Shown: piece after piece, positions 1 to 11,617 of the stretch | Position numbering within the stretch: the stretch's first letter is position 1 | How the letters are laid out: each line of letters starts with the position of its first letter | Source of the DNA: Lama guanicoe | Taxonomy: Eukaryota | Length of the DNA: 64,000 nt | Assembly: GCA_013239625.1 (NCBI GenBank) | Contig: MU054129.1 | Span: 448,536 to 512,535 of the forward strand | Reading direction: 5' to 3' | Program-made: the position numbers and the translations under genes | Notes under the pieces: model-generated | Databases searched by the model: none | Seen by the model: only the letters and a program-made list of their open reading frames with translations | Told to the model about the DNA's origin: nothing

Positions 1-1581
1 TCTCTTTTTTTGTAGTGTCTTTGCCTGGTTTTGGTATCAGGGTGATGGTGGCTTCATAGAATGGGTTTGGGAGTATTTCCTCCTTTTCAATCGTCTGGAA
101 GAGTTTGAGAAGGACTGGTATGAGTTCTTCTTTGTATGTTTGGTAGAATTCTCTGGTGAAGCCTTCCGGTCCTGGACTTTTATTTGTAGGGAGATTTTTT
201 ATTGCTATTTCTATTTCCTTTCTAGTGATCAGATTGTTCAACTGGTCAGATTCTTCTTGATTCAGTTTTGGTGGACAGTATGTTTCCAGAAACTTGTCCA
301 TCTCCTCTAGGTTATCCAGTTTGGTTCCATATAGTTTTTCATAATATTCTTGTATGATATTCTGTATTTCTATTTTGTTTGTTGTAATTTCTCCATTTTC
401 CTTTCTTATTTTGCTAATTTGTGCTCTCTCTTTTTTCTTCTTTGTGAGTTTGGCCAGAGGTTTGTCATTTTATTTACTTTTTCAAAAAATCAGCTTTTGG
501 TTTGGTTGATTTTTTCTATGGTCTTGTTAATCCCTATTGTATTTAATTCCTCTCTGATCTTTATTATTTCCTTCTTTCTGCTGCTTTTTTGGGCTTTTTG
601 TTCTTCTTTTTCTAATTGATTCAGGTGGTGGGTTAAAGTGTTTATTTGAGATTGTTCTTCCTTTTTGAGGAAGGCCTGTATCGCTATAAACTTCCCTCTT
701 AGCACTGCCTTTGCTGTGTCCCATAGATTTTGAGTGGTTGTGCTTTCATTATCATTTGTCTCAAGGTATTTTTTAATTTCAGCTTTGATTTCCTCATTGA
801 CCCATTGTTTTTTCAATAACATATTGTTTAATCTCCATGCTTTCCTTTTTTTCTCCTTTGTTTCTCTGTTGTTGATTTCCAGTTTCATGGCATTGTGGTC
901 AGTAAAGATGCTTGAGATAATTTCTATCTTCTTAAAATTGTTGAGGTTTCTTTTGTGCCCAAGTACATGATCGATCCTGGAAAATGTTTCATGTGCACTT
1001 GAAAAGAATGTATATCCTATTTTTGGGGGGTGTAATGCTCTGAAATTATCCACCAAATCTACTTTTTCTATTGTAGTATTTAATATCTCTGCTGCCTTGT
1101 TTATTTTCAGTCTGGAAGATCTGTCTAGTGATGTTAATGCAGTGTTAAAATCTCCAACTGTGATTGTATTCCCATCAATATCCCCCTTTATCTCTGTTAG
1201 TAATTCTTGTATGTACTTAGGTGCTCCTATATTGGGTGCATATATATTAACGAGTGTAATATCCTCATCTCGTATCACTCCTTTAATCATTATAAAATGT
1301 CCTTGTTTATCTTTCTTTTTGGCCTTTGTTTTAAAGTCTATTTTGTCTGAAATCAGTACTGCAACACCTGCTTTTTTGGCTTTTCCATTCGCATGGAATA
1401 TCCTTTTCCATCCTTTCACTCTCAATCTATATGTGTCCTTCTCCCTAAAGTGGGTCTCTTGTATGCAGCATATTGAAGGTTCTTGCTTTAATATCCAGTC
1501 TGCCACTCTATGTCTTTTGACTGGAGCATTTAGTCCATTAACATTTACAGTAATTAATGATAGATGTGTGTTTATTGCCAT
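1..1581 (-). pseudogene. L1 ORF2p N-terminal part (APE-like endonuclease and following region), disrupted
   Basis: NVNGLN, QETH, NIYAPN, GDFNT, SRIDH, TDHNA motifs; TGA at 490-492 where KSWFFEK Trp is expected; 1-nt frameshift near 466, then DKPLAKL...YYEKLY...[12 protein letters not shown] resumes. Confidence 0.93.
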
Positions 1582-1985
1582 TTTGAACTTATCTTTGCAG
1601 TAGAATTGGTATATCCTCTTTGTTCCGCTCTTCTTCCTTTTGTGGTTTAGTAATTTTCCTTTGTATTATCATGGATTTTGTTTAATTTTTGTGACTCCCT
1701 TGTAAGTTTTTGGCTTGTGGTAACCCTCTTTTGTAAATCTATTAACCCATTACTATAACTGTTTTTATTAAACAGATACTAACATGATCTCAAACCCATC
1801 CTACTGTTAAAAAAATTTTAAAAAGAAAGGAAAAAATATTCCATATTTCCCTGCCTCCCTCTCCCACTCTCAGTGATTTGTATGTCTTCTTTTATAATTT
1901 CATGTTTATTTTATTTGTAATTCATGAGTTATCACCTTTCTAGTTGTGAGTTTCTCATTTCTGTAGCATCCTGCTGCTTTTCTAT

Positions 1986-2888
1986 TTAGAATAGCCCTTT
2001 CAATATTTCTTTTAGTATGGGTTTAGTGATGCTAAATTCCTGCAGCTTTTTTTTTTTGTATGTGAAACACTTTATTTCTCCTTCTATCCTAAAGGATAGC
2101 CTTGCTGGATAAAGTATCCTAGGCTGCATCTTTTTTTCATTCAGGGCTTTGAATATATCTTGCCACTCCCTTCTGGCCTGTAGTGTTTGTGTAGAGAAAT
2201 CAGCTGAGAGCCTTATGGGGGTTCCCTTGTAACTTACTCTTTGCTTTTCTCTTGCTGCCCTTAGAATCATTTCTTTATCCTTGACTCTGGCCATCTTGAT
2301 TATGATATGTCTTGGTGTGGGTCTATTTGGGTTCTTCCTGTTTGGGACCCTCTGAGCTTCCTGTTCTTTGATATCTGATTCCTTCTTTAAGTTTGGGAAG
2401 TTTTCAGTCATGATTTCTTCAAAAACCTTTTCAATCCCCTTAGATCCTTCTTCCCCTTCTGGGACCCCTATTATGCAAAGATTGGGATGCTTTATATTAT
2501 CCCATAGGTCCCTTATACTATTTTCATTATTTTTTATTTGCTTATCTTGTAGTTTTGAATGGGTGCGTTCTATTGCCCTGTCTTCTAGATCACTAATTCG
2601 TTCCTCTGCATTATCTAGTCGGCTTTGCACAGCTATTAGATCATTCCTCATCTCTGTCAATGAGTTTACCCATTCTACTTGGCTCTTCTTTATAGCTTCA
2701 ATTTCATTTTTGTCATATTTTATATCTCTAAACACTATCTCTTTTAATTTCTTCAGCAATTTGATCACTCCTTTTTTGAAATCTTGATCTAGTAGGCTAT
2801 CGATATCTATTTCATTGATCTTTCTTTCAGGGGATTTCTCTTGTTCTTTTAATTGGGAAAGGTTTCTCTGCTTCTTCATCTTGCTCAT
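1986..2888 (-). CDS. L1 ORF1p (coiled coil + RRM + CTD), 300 aa, apparently intact
   Basis: ORF track motifs WDNIKHPNLCIIGVPEGEE, PRHIIIK, PIRLSADFS, QARREW, YPARLSF. Confidence 0.95.
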   Translation of the reverse strand: MSKMKKQRNLSQLKEQEKSPERKINEIDIDSLLDQDFKKGVIKLLKKLKEIVFRDIKYDKNEIEAIKKSQVEWVNSLTEMRNDLIAVQSRLDNAEERISDLEDRAIERTHSKLQDKQIKNNENSIRDLWDNIKHPNLCIIGVPEGEEGSKGIEKVFEEIMTENFPNLKKESDIKEQEAQRVPNRKNPNRPTPRHIIIKMARVKDKEMILRAAREKQRVSYKGTPIRLSADFSTQTLQARREWQDIFKALNEKKMQPRILYPARLSFRIEGEIKCFTYKKKKLQEFSITKPILKEILKGLF

Positions 2889-4548
2889 ACCTCTCTGGCA
2901 CTGTGGTTTATGGAGTATCAGTTGTCTATTTTGGTCCTTAAGGATTTTACCTGTCTAATGCCTATTTAGGAAGAGAACTTAGGAAAAAAAAAATAAGAGA
3001 GAGAGAGAAAGAATTTTAAAAGAAGGGAGAAAGAGGGTTTGAAAACAGTGTATAATGAATAATAGAAGAGCGAATTGAAGCAGAGTATTAATCGGGTTGA
3101 GATGAGAATAAAACCCTTAAAAAAAGGGGGGGGTGAGATGAATAGATGTATTTGAAACCTGTGTCTAATCAATAACAGGACATCAAAACCCAAGAGAAAT
3201 AGAAATGAATTAAGAAGTAAAAATTAAGGGAGTAATAGAAAATAGAACAGGTAAAAACAGATTTAAAAAAGGGGGGGGGTTGTCGGTGTTCTCCTGGAGT
3301 ATGTGCTTTTAATGTGAAGTCTTTCTGTCTTCGTCCGGTTTTGGAAGCACAGCTTGCTGTTTTCAGAGGCCTTCTGTTGGCGCCCTCTTCTGTGCTGCTC
3401 CCAGCACCTGTCGGCAAGCAGGTTGTGCCTCCTCCTCCTAACACGGGGTCAGGTGCAGCTCTCCTCTGCTGTGGGCGGGCGGGTCACTGCCCCTCCGGAT
3501 GCCGCAGTCAGCTGTTGCAGACTGGCCAGGCAGGAGGGCGGGTCGTGCCCCCTCCCAGCACCCCGGCCAGGGGCTGTGTTCCTGCCCGACAGGCGGGGGG
3601 CCGCTCTCCCTCTACCTGCGCCGCCGGTAGCTCCGCTGCTCTGTGCGGCTGCGTGCTCCGCCCTGGTCGCACTCCGCGGGTGGGCTCGGGGAAGACCGAG
3701 GGACAGCCTCATCCCTGCTCCGAGCCAAGACCCAGCTCCTTGTTTGTCTTTGTGGAGCAAGTTCTCTGAGGGACCAGGATGGAAGGATCCTATCTGCCCC
3801 GGGCTGTAGGCCAGTCTCAGTCTGGCCTTTGAGGCTGCTTAGCCCTTCGGTGCGGATGCAGGTTTTGCCCCCGCCCTCGCCTGGGTGCTCAGCGCCGGAG
3901 AATATGGCAGCTGTGCCTGAGCCCCGCCTCTCTTCCCCTGAAAAATTTCCGCGGGTTTTCAGAGATGGGGGTATGCACCCTTCCCCCAAGAGCACATCAA
4001 CCTTGCTATTTTATGCAGGGCCCCGGTTGTTCTGCCCTGTGCACCCACAGCCACGGCGCGCAGCCCCTTGCAGTCCCCCGGGGCTGCCTCTGTGCAGCCG
4101 CCCCCGTCCTCCGCCCGGCTTGTGCAGCCTGGCCCTGCCCGCCGCTGCCGGCCCGCGTCTCAGGCTGGGTGTTGGGGGAACACTCTGTGCCCGTTTAACT
4201 TAGTTCTGTCAGACAAGGGCTGCTCTGTACAGATCTGAGCCTCGGAGGCTCCCCCTCCGTCCCGCTGGCCTCTCAGTTGGAGAGGGGAGACCCAGCGAGC
4301 GAGCGCCAGTCCTCCTTTGCCGCTCCCTCCACGCGGGACCCGTCCTGCACTGCTTTTGCCTTTTGTTCTTTCTTTTTTCCTTTTCTCCTACCAGATTTTT
4401 GGCGTCTTTATCTTTTGAAGAGGGCGATGTTCTGTCAGAGTTTGGCAGGTGCTCTGGTTGGCTGAGTGGGTCTGTAGATGTGGATCTTGGTGTATTTGTG
4501 GGAGAGGGTGAGCTACGAGCGTCCTTCTACTCCGCCATCTTCTCCGTC
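2889..4548 (-). promoter_or_regulatory. L1 5'UTR / internal promoter with CpG island (~3340-4550) and YY1-type motif
   Basis: GC/CpG-rich block upstream of ORF1; CCGCCATCTT at 4532-4541 (AAGATGGCGG on element strand), the usual L1 5'-terminal YY1 site. Confidence 0.85.
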
Positions 4549-4604
4549 GGGAGCATCTTTTCATGTGCAGTTTAAAAAATAGTGACAGTAACAAATACTG
4601 GTTA

Positions 4605-5119
4605 TGTAATAGAACAAATCTGACTCCACATTAGATCTGTTCTTTTCCTTTAATCCTGTGCCCTGTTCTCTAGGCTTAGTCTTGCTGGCTCTGCACCTTT
4701 TGGGAAACAATGTTGCCTGTAGCCTTAAATAGACAGGAGAGCCTGTTCTTGGGGCTCTGACCTTTGAGGCTGTCAGTACTTCTGCACTCCTATAACAACA
4801 AGTTGTAGAATAGAAAGTAACATTTGTTTTGTTGGAGGTTTTGGAGGAGAACCATGACCTGGCGCACGTGGACAGCTGCTGGAACAAAGAATTCCTACAG
4901 CAAGAAGTTTACAACAACTAACACGCACCCCATCCTTTTTTGTTGTTGTTATAAAATGGGCCTGTATTCTGACTGGGGGAGGATGGTTCTCCAATGCATT
5001 AGTCTGCCATCCTCTCAGTCGGCTGGCTTTCTAAATAAAGTTGCCATTCTTTGCCCCAACACCTCATCTTTTGATTTATTGGCCTGTCGTGCAGTGAGCA
5101 GAGTTTGGAATCGGTAACA
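4605..5119 (+). mobile_element. Solo ERV (ERV1-like) LTR
   Basis: Starts TGTAATAG, ends GGTAACA; TATAAAA-like motif ~4950, AATAAA ~5034; flanks GTTA/GTTT. Confidence 0.75.
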
Positions 5120-5360
5120 GTTTCACACACACAGCAAAGCGATTCAGTTATACATATAAATATGTATATATTTCTTCTCTTCAGGTTTTTCTCCATTATA
5201 TGTCATTATAAGAAACTGAATATCATTCTTTGTGCTCTACAGTAGGACCTTATTGTTTATATATTTTATATAGAGTCATGTGTGTCTGTTAATCCCAAAC
5301 TCCTAATTTACCCCTCCCCCACCCTGTGCCCTTTGTTAACCATGTTTTGTTTTCTGCGTG
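5120..5360 (-). mobile_element. L1 3'UTR fragment
   Basis: cagcaaagcgattcagttatacat...tacagtaggacc...ttaatcccaaactcctaattta, typical L1 3' end in reverse. Confidence 0.75.
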
Positions 5361-5673
5361 CAGGAAGCATTTTTAGAAGCAGATTTCAGTGAGTTACAGG
5401 TGATGTACATTTAAAATTCTGGTAGATATTGCCAAGTGGCTCTTCAGAAAAGACCATACAACTTTATACACCCACTAACAGCATTTGGTGAGAGTGCCTT
5501 GCCAACACTGTACATTATCAACCATTTTTCATTTTTGACAATCTGAGAGGTCTGATTCTCACTGTTGCTTTAATTTGCCTTCCTTTTGTTAGGATAGAGG
5601 CTAGGTATCTCTCTGCCTCCTCCTCCCAGAACGCATAAACATCCTTGTTCACTGGAAAATACACATACAGAAA

Positions 5674-5855
5674 AAACAAATTTCTACTGTAGAGCACAGA
5701 GAACTATATTCAATATCTGGTAGTAACTTATAATGAAAAAATATGAAAAGGAATATATGTATGTACATGTATGAATGAAACATTAGGCTGTGCACCAGAA
5801 ATTCACACATTATAACTGACTATACTTCAATTAAAATTTTTTTAATTAAAAAAAG
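5674..5855 (+). mobile_element. L1 3' end fragment
   Basis: agcacagagaactatattcaatatc...actgactatacttcaattaaaa plus A-rich tail. Confidence 0.75.
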
Positions 5856-7130
5856 AAAATACACAGAGAAATGTGCACAAAGCTTTATTTTACGTGTGTG
5901 TATGTGCGTGCATACACACACATTAATGAATAGATACCAAGAAAACACTTGTACAACCATCACTCAGGTCAAGAAACAGAACACGGAATGTGACCAGCTC
6001 CCCAAAGCATACCCTGTCACCAAGCTCCTCTCTGATCATAAGCCCCTCCCTCTCGCAGAGGTAACCACTATCCTGTGGTCTCACCCAAATAATACAGTCT
6101 ATTTTGGCCTATATTTGAATTCTCTATGGATGGAATCATATTACACACGTCCTTTTGCCCCATGTTGTGTTTGTGAGATTCATGCCCTGTTGCATGGTGA
6201 TAGGGTGTCATTTCACACGATTAAAAATCATTTCAAATTCTCTCTGTACTGGGGGCTGGGGGTCTTCTCTCTCCCTTCAGTGTCTCATTGGTGTTGTAAA
6301 ATCTCCCCACATTTCTAGGGAGAAAGATTAGAAGGTGGGAAGGGGGCTGGGAATTGGGAAGAAGGTGAGGCTCAGAAGCCACACAGCCAGCAGGTGCCAG
6401 CCCAGATTCACATCCACGACTGTCTGACAACAGAGTCCAGGCTCACTGCCCCATCCCAAGGAGATGAAGCAGCTTCACACAGACCAAGGGCGTCCAGGGT
6501 GACCCGGGCTCCATACAGGGCACATCCAATACAGTGAGGACTGTAGGGATGCAGATGAGAGTGAGTTCAGGGAAGGCTTCCTGGAGGGGGCAGCAGTTGA
6601 CCTTTTCTCTGACCCTTCTTCCCCCCCAAGGCCCCTGCGCCCTTAGCCCAGTATGGGGGGCTCCAGATGCTCTCACCTCTGGGCAGTGTCTTCTTGGAAA
6701 TGACTTGTCTGTCTGGCCCCAGATGGGTCCTGAGACAGGTTAGAAGATGGAGTCCATGGGCCTGTGCTAGGCTCCTGGGAACACTGTGGTGACTTATCCT
6801 CTGCCCTCCCCTTGCAGACACAGCCCTGGACTGCGACCTGAGCTGTGAAGTTAGGCAGGATAGGGGCTTTGTGGACAAAGTAGGGGATTATCTGGCTGGG
6901 CCCAGAATGGGGGATGGAGTTTGGAGCTGCTCGAGGCTGGGCTAAGAGGGATGAGGCCCCTGAGGTGTCCCCCTACCTCCCGGCTGATGCCGAGGTCGGG
7001 GAGGCCAAAGAGGAACCAGGCATGGCTGGGGGCCTTTCACTGGGAGAAAAATCATCACCAAGAATTTTCAAGCACACAGGTGCCCAAACCTTCCTTTGAA
7101 GGGAAAACTCCTGGATTTTCAGTCTAGACT

Positions 7131-7335
7131 GGGGGTCAGCAAACATTTTCTGCAAGAACAAGCTAGTAAATATTTGAGGCTTTGAGAGCCATGGCGACTC
7201 TGCTGAATTACTTGGTTCTGCCACTGTGGGATGAGAGAGCTGCAGGCAACACGGAAACAAAGGAATGTGACAGTGTTCCACTAAAACTCCACTTAGAAAA
7301 ACAGGCAGTGGCTGAGCCAAATGTGGCCCTTGGGC
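7131..7335. mobile_element. MER58-like hAT DNA transposon fossil
   Basis: ggggtcagcaaacattttctg...gaccctg terminal inverted-repeat pattern. Confidence 0.6.
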
Positions 7336-9708
7336 AGTAGTATGTCAAGACCCTGATGTAGGTGAAAAGGGAAACCTACCAAGGACGAAACTAAGAGCTT
7401 TGGGCTGGACTGTGGTGGCACTTAATGCACTGGGAGCTCAGAGAAGAAAGGTCAGGATGGGTTTTGTGAGCAAGGACTCAATTGAAGTCCACTTGAGCTG
7501 GGCTCCAGAGCGATGCCAGAAGGACGACATTCCACGTGCGGGGACAGCAAGGAACAAGGCCTGGACGGAGGAATGGATCTTACAATCAGGAAGTTGCCTA
7601 GGGAAAGAGGATGTTGGCTGGAGACATAACACGGACATCCATGAAAGACAGCTGTGTAGTTAGACTTGACGGCGTGGGCACTAGGGAGCCATTTCCATTT
7701 CTTGAGCAGGAGTGGACCTATCCTCAGAGGGTGGGGTGAAGATGAACAGATGGGGTTCAGAGGCTGGCCAGGGGGACACTGAGGAGGGGTGCTGGTTGGT
7801 CTGGGACCTCACCACCAGCTCTGCTCTGCCGTTGGCAGAAGTGGGTCTGGAGCCATCCTGCTGATGATCTGTGACAGGGACAATCTGAACTGTGATGACC
7901 AGGATAACTGAGCAGCACGTGCACTGCCTGCAAGGTGAAGGGGGCGATGGGGCAACTTGTGGTCCTGGACTTTCAGCACCACTACTCAGCTACCCTGCAG
8001 GGATTCTGACCCACTTGAGTGGCTCTGAAGGCAGAGCTCAGGGCCAGAGTTTCAGCTCCTGATACACCGTGATGTTCCTTCAAATCTACCTCAGACTGGC
8101 AGCTGGCCCTCCCCAACATCCACAGTGCCACCGGGCACACACCAGGGCAGAGCTCTGGACATGAGCTGACTCCCCTTTCTCCCCGTCTAGGGGAGTGGAG
8201 AATGCTGACATGATTTAAGCGCCTACTGTGCACCGGGCCCTTTCCCAGAACTCCCTGGCCATTCAAGCCAGAGGGCAGCATCTCCTCACTTCAGAGGTGA
8301 GGCTGCTGAGGCCCCTGAAGGCACTCCGCCAGTCTGCAGCAGAGCCAAGCTTTCCTATTCCAGCACCAAATTCGGCCTCCTCCCTGAGTGCTCTGCGTTC
8401 CTTGGCCCTAAGGATCACAGGGACAGAGGAGGGTGGCCAGAGGGGTCCTCAGTTCCTCTCCCCCACTTTTGGCCAAGATCCAAGCAATTGCCTGCGGCAA
8501 ACATCATTGCTGGGGCTTGGCACATGGGGTCTAATAACCACAGGGTTTAGGGGCTCCCAGGACTGAGGGGCGTGTGGCCCCTACAAGATCCTGAACCTTC
8601 TGGCTGAGATGAGCACATCAGAACCAGAGAGCTGAAGGACCCACAGCAGGAGGGAATGTCCGTGTGGAGAGACGGGGGACAAAGGGACTTTGCTGCATCT
8701 GCCTGGAATTGCTTTCTCATCACCCGCATCTTCAGCCTCACCTCTGGCAGGTACTGGGTGCCTGCTGTGGGCATGTCACATGGTTCTTTCATCCTCAAAG
8801 CCTGAAATTAACCCTTTGGAAACGTTATCATCCCCACTCTATAGCTAAGGAAACTGAGGCCCAGTGAGAACAGCAACTGAATTCCAGGGATGTCCTCACC
8901 GGGTGGGTTCTGAATCCCAGCGCAGGCTGACTCCTGAGCTCTGCACTTACTCCCTCTACTAACAGGAACTGGGAGTCCTTGGGCAGTTTCTGTGGGATCA
9001 GTCTTCTATGTGGATTGTTTCATAGCTGCAGGCCCATCCTCTGAGGTAGGGACCTGTGTGATCCCCATTTTGCAGGTGAGGAAACTGAGGCAGCTCAGAA
9101 AGGTGAAGGGCCTTGGCCAAGGTCACAGAATCAACATTTCCTGGGCTCAAGTTGAGGTTTATCTGAATCCCAGCTTGAAGAGAGAATCCCTCAAGCCTGC
9201 CCCATCCAAACCCCTCATCTTATGGCTGGTGAAATGGAGACCCAAAGGGGAGTGGAGGCTCGCCCAGACCCCACAGTGGTCATCGGCAGCAACGGGACAC
9301 AGGTCTCCATGGAGTCCCTCACATATAGTTTCCATTTTACAGATGGGGCAAACGTGGAAAAAAAATGTCACAGAGAAGGCTAAAGGAAGAGTCAGGGTGG
9401 TAAACCCAACTTTAGCGCACAGAGATTCCTGAGGTCTCCTCCCCTCCCTGCCAGATCCCCCAAGACCTGTTTGGAGGCAGGGCTCTTGGCTTCATCCAGC
9501 TTGACCCTGGGCCCGTCTCTCTACAAGTTCAGATTTTCTGCCATTCCCGCCCTGAGCCTCTGCCCCTGGCCTGTGCGGTGCTCTGCCTCACCTGTGTTGA
9601 TAAGCTGGGGGGGGGTCTCGGCCAAGGGCAGCGTGAAATTGCTGCTGTATGCCTTAAACTTATAATACAGTGCTGCATGTCAATTAACTCTCAATAAAAC
9701 TGGAAGAA

Positions 9709-10061
9709 ATAAATTGCAACTTGGGAGACACAGATTTGGGTAAAACTGAGTGTTTCAAGGACGGGAGTCAGGCGCTTATAAAGACAAAAAGCGAAGAGGC
9801 TGTCAAAAGTCTCCTGATGAGGATTGTGACTGACATTGACGTGAGCCAGTCATGAGACACGTGTCCTTAAGGAATCACAGGTTATTTTAGGGTAGGGGCT
9901 CAGTAAGTAGCTGAAGTTTCTGGCAGGTGTTCAGGATGACTTCATTAGGGCAATAAATGCTCACAGGGCCGGATTCTCTGTGGGCTGAGATGTGCATAAG
10001 TCACACCTCCTTAGTGAGCCCTCTCGAGCAATGCAGACTCCATTTTTATTTTTCTTTCACA
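9709..10061 (-). mobile_element. Partial ERV1-type LTR, next to a small L1 3' fragment (~9610-9708, +)
   Basis: Minus strand begins TGTGAAAGAAAAATAAAAATGGAGTC, a common ERV1 LTR 5' motif. Confidence 0.55.
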
Positions 10062-10343
10062 AAGGCAGTCATCTGCTGCCAGCAGTGACCCCAGCTCAGC
10101 CTGGAGGACATTCAGGCGAGCTTCAGCTCACTGGCTAGTGCTGTAGGAATAGCAGAGTTTGCATCAATCTCTTCCCTGTAGGCGAGGCAGCGCCCACACC
10201 AGCTGTGAATGAGCACAGCTACCTTCCCTACCTGTTAGGCAGACAGCCCAGCAGGTAAATGTTTACTGTTTATCTTGTAGATCGGATACTTTTCTTCAAA
10301 ATCTCCACATATTCTTCACATGCTTTCAAAACCAGATCTGGAC

Positions 10344-10411
10344 TTAAGACTTGACTCGTCCATCGAGCCTACGAGAGAGTCTGTAGGACTTAGATTCAAG
10401 TTCAATAGTAG
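10344..10411 (-). CDS. ANKRD26-like last coding exon (frameshifted C-terminus)
   Basis: ccag|ATIELESKSYRLSRRLDGRVKS*; ancestral tail (DLVLKACEEYVEILKK) out of frame down to ~10270. Confidence 0.8.
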
Positions 10412-11571
10412 CTGGAAAGAAAATGAAAGAATTAGATTCTTTACTTAAAATACTTCATACGTAACTAAATGTCAGCTTATTTTTTAAGAAAAGCTGAGAC
10501 TCTTCTAAATTTTAACAAGAATGAAAAATACCTACATACGATTACAATACAAAATACAAGATTACTACTCTACACTTTGCCCAGGGCTGCACGTTGAATT
10601 AACTGCTCTTGTGGCTAAGGATCAGAGCGCCTGGTTTTCTCATTCTTCATTCATTTACTCAGCAACCATGTGCTAAAGCACTGTGACAAGCACTGGAACC
10701 ACAAGATGAAGATGACAGAGTCCACCCTGAAAGATCTTGTACCGTAAACTGGAGAAACAGATGAACAGGCAGTTTCGGTACAGAGACATAAATGCCATGA
10801 CAGGTATAAAAGAGGGCAGAGTTGGAACACTCAGAAGGGACGTCCAGCTTTCTGTCAATATTGTCCCCTCTTTGGTGGCCGTGATGTGTAAGCAGATACC
10901 TGAAGGAGGAGAAAGTGTGGGAGGGAGAGGCAAGAAGCAAACACAAAGAGCAGAGGCAGGAAGGGTGCCCGCGGAGCTGGACGCAGTCTGACCAGTCGCT
11001 GGAGCCAAGGGGCAGAGCAGGGGAGTAAAGAGATACGGCTGAAGACTCTGGCAAGAGCCAAATCGATGTGGGTACTTTTCTTCCAAGCTAAGGAATTTGG
11101 AATTTTTCCTGAGGGCACAATGTTATTAACCAGTGACAAAGTGAATGAAAGGAAATTAATTGTCATCCACCAGGGGACAGCTACATGAACTGTGATTGCT
11201 TGAGTCTGGGTTTTTGGCCTCAGTCACTACCAAACTCGAGAAGCTGATGACCTCCATGCTTTCTGAGAACAGGTCCGTGTGCAGGTGACAGGCCCACGGG
11301 GACAGCAGGAGAAGGGCACAGCCAGAAATAGAGAGAGAACACAGACTTCTTGATATTTTTTTAAAGCTATGGATCATGATGAATAAATGAGGAGTAAGTA
11401 CATTTATCATTATGAATCAAATTACGCTTTCACATTTTTCATTACCTATGTGTAAGAAAAAACCTAACATAGTATCTCTTATTCAAACAATAGAAAGAGG
11501 TGCCATTTACTGTTTACAGTGTATTTCGGAAATCAATGTCTAAACTTAATTCAGAAATGTTGGCAACATAC

Positions 11572-11617
11572 CTTCTTTTAATTCTCTATCTATATTATTC
11601 TCCAACTTCTTCCGCAT
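11572..11617 (-). CDS. ANKRD26-like penultimate exon, 46 nt
   Basis: tcag|MRKKLENNIDRELKE|gtatgt. Confidence 0.9.

Larger units (their letters stand above)
1..4548 (-). mobile_element. LINE-1 retrotransposon, 5' half of a full-length-type young element (continues beyond left edge)
   Basis: 5'UTR, ORF1, spacer and ORF2 in canonical order on minus strand; exact 5' end approximate (~4545-4551). Confidence 0.97.

Noticed and set aside
350..2787. Hydrophobic + strand ORFs (89, 78, 168, 139 aa)
   Set aside because: Antisense shadows of A-rich L1 ORF1/ORF2.
3169..4594. Many overlapping Pro/Arg/Gly-rich ORFs
   Set aside because: Expected from stop-codon scarcity in the GC-rich L1 5'UTR; no recognisable domain.
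5896..9665. Short ORFs in the GC-richer intergenic stretch
   Set aside because: No recognisable protein or exon chain; they overlap MIR/MER/L1 remnants.
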